DNA of 64,000 nt from Alphaproteobacteria bacterium. GTDB lineage: Bacteria > Pseudomonadota > Alphaproteobacteria > JANQMY01. Position numbers and translations under genes: made by a program. Shown here piece after piece: positions 8,511 through 16,835 of the stretch. The stretch lies in contig CBDDFL010000001.1 of NCBI GenBank assembly GCA_965227095.1, positions 3,039 through 67,038 of the forward strand. Reading direction: 5' to 3'. Under the pieces are notes generated by a model that made no database searches, had not been told where the DNA came from, and saw only the letters and a program-made list of their open reading frames with translations. Numbering within the stretch: position 1 is the stretch's first letter; each line of letters opens with the position of its first letter.

Positions 8511-8972
8511 TTACGCAGCATCCATTTGCTCAGTGAGCGGAAAAACTTTGCAATTTTTGCAAACGTCTCCCCCAGCGAGAGGTAAATCCAGCTGATAATG
8601 TGTCGGAGTGTTGACATCGGGGGCCCGTCTTTCGAGTTCGGCAAGCTCGCGATCTAGGTCAGCGAGTTCGCCGCGTAGCATTTGAATTCGGTGTCGCAAT
8701 GACTGTTGGGAGAACTTCTGAAGCGCTGGACGAAACACTCTGAGCAAAAAAGGCGCGCCCCATGTGGCCACCATTTCGGTAAAGACGCGCCATTCGGGTA
8801 GATTGTGGGCCGTAGTCCATTTTCTGGTGGTTTCCACCTTCGAACCGAACTGCCTTGCGATTTTTTTCGCAGTGCTTCGCTCGCCCAGATAGTCAGGCAA
8901 AGCCTGGCTGAACTGCTCAACACATTCTTGTAGCGGGGCTTCGTTACGCATCAGTTCCCCTCCGATACCCAT
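8511..8972 (-). CDS. Hypothetical phage early protein
   Basis: 153-aa ORF downstream of the cro-like gene in the minus-strand early operon. Confidence 0.45.
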   Translation of the reverse strand: MGIGGELMRNEAPLQECVEQFSQALPDYLGERSTAKKIARQFGSKVETTRKWTTAHNLPEWRVFTEMVATWGAPFLLRVFRPALQKFSQQSLRHRIQMLRGELADLDRELAELERRAPDVNTPTHYQLDLPLAGGDVCKNCKVFPLTEQMDAA

Positions 8973-9144
8973 CTTGGGTAGTGATTGGCTGTGGAAAACC
9001 TGTTTTCATCAACTCGCGCTGACCGGTTCCAGCCGTGGGGGCTCCCGGAAGGTGCGCATACATCTGAACTGGGGGCCGGCTGCTTGGCATCTCCGCTTTT
9101 TGCGGTCGGTCCCGCATTTTGAAACTTTAAGGAGGCGAGCATCA

Positions 9145-9351
9145 TCAGGCCGCCTCTCCCGATTCCATCTGCCGGATAAAGGCTGCAACCTTCTCCGCAG
9201 TTTCGGGCCAAACCCGTCCGCCGCCTCGCAAACGGCGCACCAACTTGCCGTCATTGACTGCAAGGCGACCAAAAGTGCTTTCAGCCATACTGCCGTGGCT
9301 GAGAAAGCTTTCTATCTGTTCCAGAAGTTCTTGCTGGGCTGTCATAACCAC
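9145..9351 (-). CDS. Cro-like small regulator (positional call)
   Basis: 68-aa ORF transcribed divergently from the S24 repressor gene, with operator-like palindromes in the short intergenic region. Confidence 0.5.
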   Translation of the reverse strand: MVMTAQQELLEQIESFLSHGSMAESTFGRLAVNDGKLVRRLRGGGRVWPETAEKVAAFIRQMESGEAA

Positions 9352-9359
9352 TGAAGGTT

Positions 9360-9432
9360 AATGGGCAAAAACCCATTCGTCAATGGGCAATTGCCTTCGT
9401 GCAATATTCAGGGTTAGTGGGCAAACTCCCAT
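9360..9432. promoter_or_regulatory. Operator cluster between the cro-like and cI-like genes
   Basis: AATGGGCAAAAACCCATT (9360-9377), AATGGGCAATTGCC (9382-9395, containing the palindrome GGCAATTGCC) and GTGGGCAAACTCCCAT (9417-9432). Confidence 0.6.
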
Positions 9433-10136
9433 CTATGGAACAGAGAGAAGTTATTTGGCGCCTTTTGCTGGAGAACGCGCTGCATAAAAAAGGCATGTCG
9501 ATGAAAGCAGCATCAATTGCGGCTGGACTTGGCGAAACAACGTTGCGGGATGCGCTGAAGCGAAACCGCTCAATGACGATAGACAACTTCATCGCTGTAG
9601 CTGAGACGCTGGAGGTCTCTCCTGGAGATTTGCTCGTCGAGGCGTCGCGGAGCATTGAGTATCAGGCAAAAAGACAGCTATCGGTTATTGGTAGCAGCCA
9701 AGCAGGTGCATGGCTCGAGTTTGAGGAAGAAGAGTTCGTCGGTCAGTACATCCCTGTTGAAGAAACATCGGAATTCTTTAGCTGTCGCCAATACGCATTG
9801 TTGGTGAAAGGCACGAGCATAAACAAAATAATTCCGGAAAATGATTACGCGCTTTGCGTTGATTTTGCTGACTTAGGCCGTGAGGCAAAACACAACGATG
9901 TGGTGGTCGTCCAGCGAACCCGAGGCCAAGACGGCATACGGGAAACCACTATTAAGCAGGTTGTTTTTGACTTGGAGCCGGAAAATGGAAGCCATATTTC
10001 TTTGTGGCCGCGCTCCACAGACCCAAAACATCAAACACCAATTGAGTTGGGCGCGCTTGAAGATGATACCTCCGTTTCCATTGTCTCCCTCGTTTGGGGA
10101 CGATTCGGGAAGATTGATGCGCCAGTAGTTTTTTGA
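9399..10136 (+). CDS. CI-like repressor (HTH plus S24/LexA-type peptidase domain)
   Basis: N-terminal HTH (MKAASIAAGLGETTLRDALKRNRSMTIDNFIAVAETLEVSPGDLL). The C-terminal S24-like fold includes LLVKGTSINKIIPENDYALCV and DVVVVQR. An alternative ATG start is at 9435. Confidence 0.8.
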   Translation: MQYSGLVGKLPSMEQREVIWRLLLENALHKKGMSMKAASIAAGLGETTLRDALKRNRSMTIDNFIAVAETLEVSPGDLLVEASRSIEYQAKRQLSVIGSSQAGAWLEFEEEEFVGQYIPVEETSEFFSCRQYALLVKGTSINKIIPENDYALCVDFADLGREAKHNDVVVVQRTRGQDGIRETTIKQVVFDLEPENGSHISLWPRSTDPKHQTPIELGALEDDTSVSIVSLVWGRFGKIDAPVVF

Positions 10137-10180
10137 TGGGTTTTTGCCCATTTGTATTTGACTGATGGGTTTTTGCCCAT
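10136..10180. promoter_or_regulatory. Second operator pair just downstream of the cI-like gene
   Basis: ATGGGTTTTTGCCCAT occurs at 10136-10151 and again at 10165-10180. It is the exact reverse complement of the 9361-9376 site. Confidence 0.55.
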
Positions 10181-10210
10181 TACCCTGGGTTCTCATAAGG
10201 AGATGCCCAG

Positions 10211-10522
10211 ATGGCACTTACACACCAAATTCCCCCACAAGACGACGCCAGAGATTGGTTCAAGTCCCGGGTTCTTCGGTTTGCGGACGAATACACGATT
10301 TACCAGCGGGCAGAGCTGTATCCGCATACTTTCATCAACCGCCTGCCCGGCAACACCCTTCGGGAAAACCTGGACGCCATTCGCGTAAACAAAGCGAACG
10401 TCAAGCGTCAGCTCAAATTCCTGAACTCCGATTCTAATGAATATGACCTAGACCGCCATATGCAGTTGCTCGGTGCACTGATTGGCGAGCTACGCCTTTA
10501 CCGTGAAAGGACAAAGCCATGA
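10211..10522 (+). CDS. Hypothetical phage early protein
   Basis: 103-aa ORF, the first gene after the downstream operator pair. Its stop overlaps the next start (ATGA). Confidence 0.5.
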   Translation: MALTHQIPPQDDARDWFKSRVLRFADEYTIYQRAELYPHTFINRLPGNTLRENLDAIRVNKANVKRQLKFLNSDSNEYDLDRHMQLLGALIGELRLYRERTKP

Positions 10523-10812
10523 ATGCGAAGCTGATAGACGCCTTACTTCAAATTCGTCAGTTGAACGGGGAGCAGGCGGTGCGGTTGTTTGAAACCTGCG
10601 CCACCCGGATTGATGAGAACCGCAAGGAATTTGCGGAAAGCGGCCTCAAGCTCAATCGTCAGATAACCGACATTATCGACAACATACTAACACTGGAAGA
10701 CGCAATCCCCCAACCTGTTATCGACGTGCCGGCGCCCAGCATGGTGAACGTGAAAGACGCCCCAAGCGACGACAAGGCAGACGTGATTGAGCTGTTTTCG
10801 AACACCAACTGA
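10519..10812 (+). CDS. Hypothetical phage early protein
   Basis: 97-aa ORF translationally coupled to the upstream ORF. Confidence 0.5.
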   Translation: MNAKLIDALLQIRQLNGEQAVRLFETCATRIDENRKEFAESGLKLNRQITDIIDNILTLEDAIPQPVIDVPAPSMVNVKDAPSDDKADVIELFSNTN

Positions 10813-11140
10813 GAACCCCTATGAGAGCGAATGGTGGCGCAATGCCGTTAACGGACGAATTGGATCCGTTCACCTGGATGATCCTCAACCCGGATTTTAC
10901 GCGGCCCGTCCTTACTACGGGGCGAAGTTTCTCTACCCTGCGCGAATCTGGATTGAACAAACCATCGACTGGCGAACGACCGAACTTCTCGACGACGAGC
11001 GCCCCCAATGCGTTGTTAATGGCCGCCATCGAGACGCCTTCGAGCAATGGCCCTTTCTCGCTAAACGCCCAATCACGAAGGATGAATACGAATGGCTGAG
11101 AGCGCGCTTGCCCCTGTTGAAGAAGAAGTCCCGGGATTAG
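10787..11140 (+). CDS. Hypothetical phage early protein
   Basis: 117-aa ORF in the same operon, overlapping both neighbours. Confidence 0.4.
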   Translation: MSCFRTPTENPYESEWWRNAVNGRIGSVHLDDPQPGFYAARPYYGAKFLYPARIWIEQTIDWRTTELLDDERPQCVVNGRHRDAFEQWPFLAKRPITKDEYEWLRARLPLLKKKSRD

Positions 11141-11826
11141 TGGGTGACGCATGGGACATGAATCTACCGCTACACACGCGCCTTTTCCTTGCTGTAGGTG
11201 AAATCGGCAGGTTGGAGAAGCGGGACACGGCCAAGGTCGAAACAAAGTCCGGCGGACAATACACTTACGACTTTATTTCACACGACGACGTCACATTGGC
11301 TGTAAAGCAGGCCTGCCAAAAGCACGGCATTCTTGTCTGGCCCACTGTCACCAGCCATTCAAAAGACGGGAACAGAACGGAACTCAATGTGCGCGTTGTC
11401 TTCATTAACGTAGACAACCCGGACGAGGCTATCTCTACCGAGGCCGTTGGATATGGGGTGGACAATACCGACAAGGGCCCGGGAAAGGCATATTCCTACG
11501 CTGTCAAAAATGCGCTGTTGAAGGCCTTCCAGTTGAATTCAGCCGACGATATTGAGCTGGACAACATTCCCCACGAATCCGAACACGTGCGCGGTAGGGA
11601 CTTAGCCGAAGCCAAGGCCCGTTCCAACAACACGCTGGAAGCATGGGCTTACAACTACCGAAAGGGCATCAACGACGCCACCACGTTGAAGGAGCTGAAG
11701 GATCTTCAGAAGGCAAACAAAGACGTCTTGCTAGACGACGACACGCCCAAAATCACCCGTGACTATTTCATTGAATTGTTCGAAAGCAAAAAAGCAAAGC
11801 TTGAAGACAAGGTGGAGGCTGAATAA
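11092..11826 (+). CDS. ERF-family single-strand annealing recombinase
   Basis: KSGGQYTYDFISHDDVTLAVKQACQKHGILVWP and GPGKAYSYAVKNALLKAFQL match the ERF superfamily core. Confidence 0.75.
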   Translation: MAESALAPVEEEVPGLVGDAWDMNLPLHTRLFLAVGEIGRLEKRDTAKVETKSGGQYTYDFISHDDVTLAVKQACQKHGILVWPTVTSHSKDGNRTELNVRVVFINVDNPDEAISTEAVGYGVDNTDKGPGKAYSYAVKNALLKAFQLNSADDIELDNIPHESEHVRGRDLAEAKARSNNTLEAWAYNYRKGINDATTLKELKDLQKANKDVLLDDDTPKITRDYFIELFESKKAKLEDKVEAE

Positions 11827-12224
11827 TGTTCCGTCTGCCAATCAAACACCGTGTGCGCCAACGCCTGCCCCGCATCATCGACAAGAAATACAAGGGGTAT
11901 ATCGCGGCCCTGCCCTGCGTGATTCTAAACTCGCGCCCTGTCGAAGTCGCGCACCTGCGCTCTGGCTCTCCGTTATACAAAAAACGGCCGACCGGCATGG
12001 CGGAGAAACCATCAGACAAATGGACGCTACCCCTCTCTGCGGAAATGCACCGACTCTCAAATGACGCCCAACACAATCACAACGAATTGGAATGGTGGGC
12101 AAGCCACCATATAAACCCGTTCGAGCTGTGTATTGACTTGCAAAAAGTATATCCGGATCTCACGCGCGCTCGTGACATCATTCAGTTCCACCGCGCTAAG
12201 GCCATGGTTGAATACGATGGCTGA
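11826..12224 (+). CDS. HNH-type nuclease (DUF968/Ref-like pattern)
   Basis: LPCVILNSRPVEVAHLRSG...KPSDKWTLPLSAEMHRLSNDAQHNHNELEWW fits a C..C/H...K.SD...PL...H..H HNH pattern. Lies next to ERF. Confidence 0.45.
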   Translation: MFRLPIKHRVRQRLPRIIDKKYKGYIAALPCVILNSRPVEVAHLRSGSPLYKKRPTGMAEKPSDKWTLPLSAEMHRLSNDAQHNHNELEWWASHHINPFELCIDLQKVYPDLTRARDIIQFHRAKAMVEYDG

Positions 12225-12594
12225 AATGTTGATGCGCAAAATGCCCGGACGGCTTGTCCCCACTCGTCTTCCTGACGAGGAAGTTATAAACGGCCTAAAA
12301 AATGGCGAACTGCTGAAGGTGCGGTTCAGCAGGCCTCGCAACCTGCGCCACCATAACAAATTTTGGAAGTTGCTGGACGTCGTTGCAAGCAATTCAGATC
12401 ACTACGAAACAGCGGAAGAGCTATGCGACGTTCTCAAGATAAAACTTGGGATTGCTGAAAAGAGAATTCAACAAGACGGAAACGTCTATTACAAGCTCGG
12501 CTCTATCGCGTTCAACAAAATGGACCAGGACGAGTTTCCCAGTTTTACGAACGTTGCATCCGGATCATTTGCAAACACTTCCTACCAGGCGTAA
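12217..12594 (+). CDS. DUF1367-like phage protein with an apparent frame disruption near 12535-12540
   Basis: RPRNLRHHNKFWKLLDVV is as I recall for DUF1367. The C-terminus appears to continue in another frame (QFYERCIRIICKHFLPGVTDAELRAEVEELVS, stop at 12636-12638). Confidence 0.5.
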   Translation: MAEMLMRKMPGRLVPTRLPDEEVINGLKNGELLKVRFSRPRNLRHHNKFWKLLDVVASNSDHYETAEELCDVLKIKLGIAEKRIQQDGNVYYKLGSIAFNKMDQDEFPSFTNVASGSFANTSYQA

Positions 12595-12742
12595 CCGACG
12601 CCGAACTCCGTGCCGAAGTTGAGGAGCTGGTTTCATGACCCAACTATTCACCGAAGTTCTTATGGGGATGGCTCCGAAGTTGCGTCTAGCTTCGACTTCT
12701 GAACACCCAGCCATCCCCTACCCCAATAGATGAGGTCCGCAA

Positions 12743-13699
12743 ATGAAATTCGAAATCAAAAACCGCTTTAGCGGGGATGTTCAGTTTACGGCTGAATTAG
12801 AGGCGTCGTTTAAAGGCGAGCCGTACTCGATTCAGTTGGGGGCGGCGGTAAAGCTAGCAGTTAAAAAGGACGCCAATCTCGGGGGCGCCTATCTCGGGGA
12901 CGCTAATCTCAGGGGCGCCGATCTCAGGGGCGCCAATCTCGGGGGCGCCGATCTCAGGGGCGCCAATCTCAGGGGCGCCGATCTCAGGGGCGCCAATCTC
13001 GGGGGCGCCAATCTCGGGGGCGCCTATCTCGGGGGCGCCGATCTCAGGGGCGCCAATCTCGGGGGCGCCAATCTCGGGGGCGCCTATCTCGGGGGCGCCA
13101 ATCTCGGGGACGCTAATCTCAGGGGCGCCGATCTCAGGGGCGCCAATCTCGGGGGCGCCAATCTCGGGGACGCCAATCTCGGGGACGCCGATCTCGGGGG
13201 CGCCTATCTCGGGGGCGCCAATCTCGGGGACGCCAATCTCGGGGGCGCCAATCTCGGGGACGCTAATCTCAGGGACGCCTATCTCAGGGGCGCCAATCTC
13301 GGGGGCGCCTATCTCGGGGGCGCCAATCTCAGGGGCGCCGATCTCAGGGGCGCCAATCTCGGGGGCGCTAAAGATGTTCCCGCACACGTTTTGGCTGAAA
13401 CCTCTATTGTCCCAGAAGTTGGCGCGTTTGACGCGTTCAAAAAAGCCGATGGTGCAATCGTGAGCCTTCGCATCCCCGCAAGCGCCAAGCGATCAAATGC
13501 AACCGGACGCAAGTGCCGGGCTTCTAAGGCAAAGGTTCTCTCCATTTCTGATGGCCGCAAAGAAGTCACTTCGACTCGCGGCGGTGTCTACCGCGTTGGC
13601 GAAGTAATTGAGTGCCATGAGTGGTGCGAGGACCGCTGGGAAGAGTGCGCGGGCGGCATTCACTTTTTTATTACGCGTGCAGAAGCGGAGGCTTGGTAA
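12743..13699 (+). CDS. Pentapeptide-repeat protein with a Cys/His-containing C-terminal domain
   Basis: 33 consecutive A(N/D/Y)L(G/R)(G/D) pentapeptides, followed by a distinct C-terminal domain (CHEWCEDRWEECAGGIHFF). Confidence 0.9.
   Translation: MKFEIKNRFSGDVQFTAELEASFKGEPYSIQLGAAVKLAVKKDANLGGAYLGDANLRGADLRGANLGGADLRGANLRGADLRGANLGGANLGGAYLGGADLRGANLGGANLGGAYLGGANLGDANLRGADLRGANLGGANLGDANLGDADLGGAYLGGANLGDANLGGANLGDANLRDAYLRGANLGGAYLGGANLRGADLRGANLGGAKDVPAHVLAETSIVPEVGAFDAFKKADGAIVSLRIPASAKRSNATGRKCRASKAKVLSISDGRKEVTSTRGGVYRVGEVIECHEWCEDRWEECAGGIHFFITRAEAEAW
12869..13366 (+). repeat. 15-nt tandem repeat array (about 33 units) encoding the pentapeptide repeats
   Basis: Units are GGGGGCGCCAATCTC and close variants. 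A 60-nt higher-order unit (GADLR-GANLG-GANLG-GAYLG) is duplicated in tandem. Confidence 0.95.
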
Positions 13700-13775
13700 T
13701 GGAACTCATCCTAACCGGCAACGCCTTCAAGGCCGCAGAGCGTAGGCGTCGAGGTCTGATCTTTAGACTTAAGCA

Positions 13776-13979
13776 GTGGTGGAGCCGATGATTAGTCGAG
13801 ACGGACCATTTTTCTGGAACGTGACCTGCGATCATTGTGGCGCAGAGTTGGACCCGCAGCCCACCACGGACGATTGCCCGGACTTTGACGACGTTATCGC
13901 CGAGATGAAATGTGAGGGCTGGGCGAACGTTAAAGAGAAGTTTGGTTGGGAAAATCTATGCCCGGATTGCGGGGAGTGA
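13776..13979 (+). CDS. Small zinc-ribbon protein
   Basis: 67 aa with CDHCG...CPDCG. An alternative ATG start is at 13788. Confidence 0.5.
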   Translation: MVEPMISRDGPFFWNVTCDHCGAELDPQPTTDDCPDFDDVIAEMKCEGWANVKEKFGWENLCPDCGE

Positions 13980-13982
13980 AGG

Positions 13983-14159
13983 ATGACAACCCGCGTGCAG
14001 CGTCTTCTCTCAAAGCTCAACCGCACGATTGAAGACCTCGAAAACCAGCCCCTTGACGAAATTGCAGCCCACACGGACGGAATTCGCGGGTCCAAGGTAC
14101 GCCTAAACATTTTGCAGGCGAACGCCCGCCACAAGCTAGACGAACTGGAGCAGTCATGA
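13983..14159 (+). CDS. Hypothetical small protein (58 aa, below the ORF-track cutoff)
   Basis: My own translation is MTTRVQRLLSKLNRTIEDLENQPLDEIAAHTDGIRGSKVRLNILQANARHKLDELEQS. It starts 3 nt after the previous stop, and its stop overlaps the next ATG. Confidence 0.4.
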   Translation: MTTRVQRLLSKLNRTIEDLENQPLDEIAAHTDGIRGSKVRLNILQANARHKLDELEQS

Positions 14160-14245
14160 ACGCCAACGCAATCGTGTGCGCGATAATCGCAGCATATTTT
14201 ATTTTCTATTTAGGCCTGGATGCACTGGCGGAGATTGTTCGATGA
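14156..14245 (+). CDS. Possible 29-aa hydrophobic peptide
   Basis: MNANAIVCAIIAAYFIFYLGLDALAEIVR has ATGA overlaps at both ends with flanking ORFs. Confidence 0.3.
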   Translation: MNANAIVCAIIAAYFIFYLGLDALAEIVR

Positions 14246-14586
14246 GCCAAGCTGAAGAAGAATATCGAAATGTTGCAATGAGCGAACTTGGGCTACGTCT
14301 TAGGCGCGACGAGGAAATCCAGCGTCTTAAGGAAGAAAACAAGTGGTATAGCGCAGTGGTTAATTACTGCGTTGGTCGCTTACCTCGAAAGGCCTTCGAG
14401 ACGCTTCTAGACACTCCCCGCAAAGAACTTCTCGCACGCCACAAGGCAGAGCAGGCCGTGATTGAAGCTGCGCGACAATGCTCATCTAAGGGATGGACGG
14501 TCGAGACTGCCTCTATTCTTAAATCAAAGCTTCAGGCCCTCGACGCTGCGGCGCCACGCGCGGGTGAAGGGGGAGAGAATGGATAA
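14242..14586 (+). CDS. Hypothetical phage protein
   Basis: Start chosen at MSQAEEEY (ATGA overlap with the upstream peptide). Coiled-coil-like sequence. Confidence 0.5.
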   Translation: MSQAEEEYRNVAMSELGLRLRRDEEIQRLKEENKWYSAVVNYCVGRLPRKAFETLLDTPRKELLARHKAEQAVIEAARQCSSKGWTVETASILKSKLQALDAAAPRAGEGGENG

Positions 14587-14953
14587 TCAGCTTATCAGCG
14601 ACCTTGCCGCTGATCGCTACGGCAACGAGCTTGAGTGCGAAGTCTATTGCGCGATCACTGGCGAGCACGAATTCAAATTCAACAAGAATGGTTGGCGCGT
14701 TCGCCCGAAGTCTGGTGGGCATTGGGTTTCGGCCCCCGACATTTTGCGCAACCCAAGTTGCGCCATTGCCCTCTTACAAGAGACCTTCGCCGACTGTGTT
14801 TGGCGGGCTGAGTCTATTGGCCGAGAAACAGTTTTTACGTTTCGAAAAACCTTGGAAGCAAATCAAGATTTTGAAGGCGTGCACCGGAAACTCTCTTACG
14901 CGGTGCTGATCGCCATTCTTTTTGCCTTAGAGGACACACCCAATGACCAATAG
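14579..14953 (+). CDS. Hypothetical phage protein
   Basis: Start chosen at MDNQLISD, overlapping the previous stop. Confidence 0.5.
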   Translation: MDNQLISDLAADRYGNELECEVYCAITGEHEFKFNKNGWRVRPKSGGHWVSAPDILRNPSCAIALLQETFADCVWRAESIGRETVFTFRKTLEANQDFEGVHRKLSYAVLIAILFALEDTPNDQ

Positions 14954-15173
14954 CTTAAAGCCCGCCGGTGCAGTCATCATTAAGGCCGTGGACGAGTTCA
15001 TCGACAACTATGAAAAGGACGGCGCCGCACTGTTCGACGGTGACAAAGTCGCAGCCGCCGCTATCACCGCTTGGGTTAAGTCCGTAACAGACGGCCTGCA
15101 TGAGGACGACGCCCCAGGCTACCTAATGGACGCGGCCCAACAACTTCTCAAGGATCAGCACAATGACCAATAG
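14943..15173 (+). CDS. Hypothetical phage protein (paralogue 1, MTNSLKPAG)
   Basis: 76 aa. Shares an N-terminus and the AAA(I/V)(T/V)AW motif with the next ORF. Confidence 0.5.
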   Translation: MTNSLKPAGAVIIKAVDEFIDNYEKDGAALFDGDKVAAAAITAWVKSVTDGLHEDDAPGYLMDAAQQLLKDQHNDQ

Positions 15174-15402
15174 CCTAACACCTGCTGGGCAAGTTGTTTA
15201 CGACATTCTGGACGCTGATGGCTGGGAATGGGCCGGGCCAGAAGAAGCGAAGAAGGACTGCAACAAAATCGCAGCCGCCGTCATTGTCGCGTGGCTGGAG
15301 GCTGAGGATGTGCGTCTCGGAACCCAACCTGGGGGCATGGGTATGGCTGTGTGGGATTTTATTGAGCGTTCCACAAAAGAACTCAAGGAGCAGCGGTCGT
15401 GA
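15163..15402 (+). CDS. Hypothetical phage protein (paralogue 2, MTNSLTPAG)
   Basis: 79 aa, tandem paralogue of 14943..15173. Confidence 0.5.
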   Translation: MTNSLTPAGQVVYDILDADGWEWAGPEEAKKDCNKIAAAVIVAWLEAEDVRLGTQPGGMGMAVWDFIERSTKELKEQRS

Positions 15403-15641
15403 ACTGGAATTCTGACATGAGCGCAGCGCCGAAGTGTAAACCTCTTGTCGTCGGCATCCCCGATGGTTGGGACGGCCCACCGTATTATTCAAAGGGCGAA
15501 CAATGGATTGCTGAGTTTGATGACGGCCAATGGGTAATGGTCGCGACCGGCGAACCGCACCCGGAGTGGCCGGAAGGTCCGCTGATTTGGAGAGAAGTTC
15601 ACCCACTCCCATTTATACCCCCGGAGGCTACCAATGACTGA
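15399..15641 (+). CDS. Hypothetical phage protein
   Basis: 80-aa ORF with a 4-nt overlap with the upstream stop. Confidence 0.5.
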   Translation: MNWNSDMSAAPKCKPLVVGIPDGWDGPPYYSKGEQWIAEFDDGQWVMVATGEPHPEWPEGPLIWREVHPLPFIPPEATND

Positions 15642-15945
15642 AGCGGTGAAAATGTGGACGCTATTCGCTCCTGACGGCTCAATAGTTGACTGGGGGCCGG
15701 ACAAGGCTGGTCTTCTCCACGTTGCCCACCAAGGGTATGCGACCGAAGCCGAAGCCGAGGCGGCAGTAAAAGCCGTCTGGGGCGTTCCAGAAGAGTTGGT
15801 GGAGGAACGTTGGTTTGTTTGTGACGGTGGTATCGAATATGAGGTCCACCAAAGCGAAGACGCTGCCCAGAAAGATGTTAAGCACATTTATAAGGGTGGC
15901 GAAGTGAAACACGTCCTTGTCTTCAAGAAACCGGAGGCGAGCTGA
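15634..15945 (+). CDS. Hypothetical phage protein
   Basis: 103-aa ORF overlapping the upstream stop. Confidence 0.5.
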   Translation: MTEAVKMWTLFAPDGSIVDWGPDKAGLLHVAHQGYATEAEAEAAVKAVWGVPEELVEERWFVCDGGIEYEVHQSEDAAQKDVKHIYKGGEVKHVLVFKKPEAS

Positions 15946-15946
15946 C

Positions 15947-16492
15947 ATGGATAGGTTGAGTGTAGATCGCGATGTGTTTCAGCGGGTTGTGGACATGGCC
16001 GCAAGTTATTTGTGCACATATCCAGACCGGTATGGCGATGATGTGGCGGCAGTGAGAGAAGCCAAAGCCGCCCTCGCAGAAGAACCGACCCAAAACCAAA
16101 TACTGGACGAGGTCTATGACAAATGCGTCCAGAAACAGAATAAAGAACCGGACACGGAAGAACAGCCGCCCCATCCTGTCGTTAAGCTCTGTGAAAACTT
16201 CCGGGACAAACACGAGATTCGTTGCGGCGAAACCATTTGGCAATTTGACCCGGTCTTAGAAGGTGCCCCCAACCTAATTAATGAAATTATGGAGTTGATC
16301 GGTTGGTATGACCACGAACAATTCAGTGATCGGATTGTTGAGGCGATTGATTTCGAGAAAGGCGCGACCTACCGCACTCACTTCAAGGGGCCTGATAGCG
16401 AAGAAAGGGCGCGTGAGTACGTCAAGTTTAAGTACGGCATTGATTTGCCGGGGAGTCAGAATAAAACGCCTGGCCTCCCCCGCCAATTTTAA
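15947..16492 (+). CDS. Hypothetical phage protein
   Basis: Start chosen at MDRLSVDRD, right after the previous stop. Confidence 0.5.
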   Translation: MDRLSVDRDVFQRVVDMAASYLCTYPDRYGDDVAAVREAKAALAEEPTQNQILDEVYDKCVQKQNKEPDTEEQPPHPVVKLCENFRDKHEIRCGETIWQFDPVLEGAPNLINEIMELIGWYDHEQFSDRIVEAIDFEKGATYRTHFKGPDSEERAREYVKFKYGIDLPGSQNKTPGLPRQF

Positions 16493-16571
16493 CAACTGCC
16501 GAATTGTATGGCTCTAAGCCATCAAAACAGCGGGAACTTGAAAGGGCCACCGCGCCCGGAAGGAGAGAAGA

Positions 16572-16772
16572 ATGCGAACTGACTTTGAAAACTTAACTGA
16601 TGGCGTCGTTATTACGCTGGTGCCGAACGAAAACAATCCGCTGCATAAGAAACCTATCGAGGCGACTTATTCCAGTGGATATTTCTATTGCAAAGGGACA
16701 CCACCGGAAGAAGGCCCCGATTACTACATGGGCGATGTTCTTGCGTACAATGACGGATTTTTGTTGGGCTAG
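16572..16772 (+). CDS. Hypothetical phage protein
   Basis: 66-aa ORF preceded by GGAGAGAAG. Confidence 0.45.
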   Translation: MRTDFENLTDGVVITLVPNENNPLHKKPIEATYSSGYFYCKGTPPEEGPDYYMGDVLAYNDGFLLG

Positions 16773-16835
16773 CCGCGTAGACGCGCCATGTAAACGAGTG
16801 GTGACAAAAGCTCAAATGTATTCAAGTGGTGACAT

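Noticed and set aside
12869-13366. Regular short repeats that could superficially resemble a CRISPR array
   Set aside because: The units are contiguous 15-mers with no spacers and lie inside a coding sequence, so this is a coding tandem repeat and not a CRISPR array.
12854-13387. 177-aa minus-strand ORF reading (APEIG)n
   Set aside because: It is a by-product of the 15-nt tandem repeat on the opposite strand of the pentapeptide-repeat gene.
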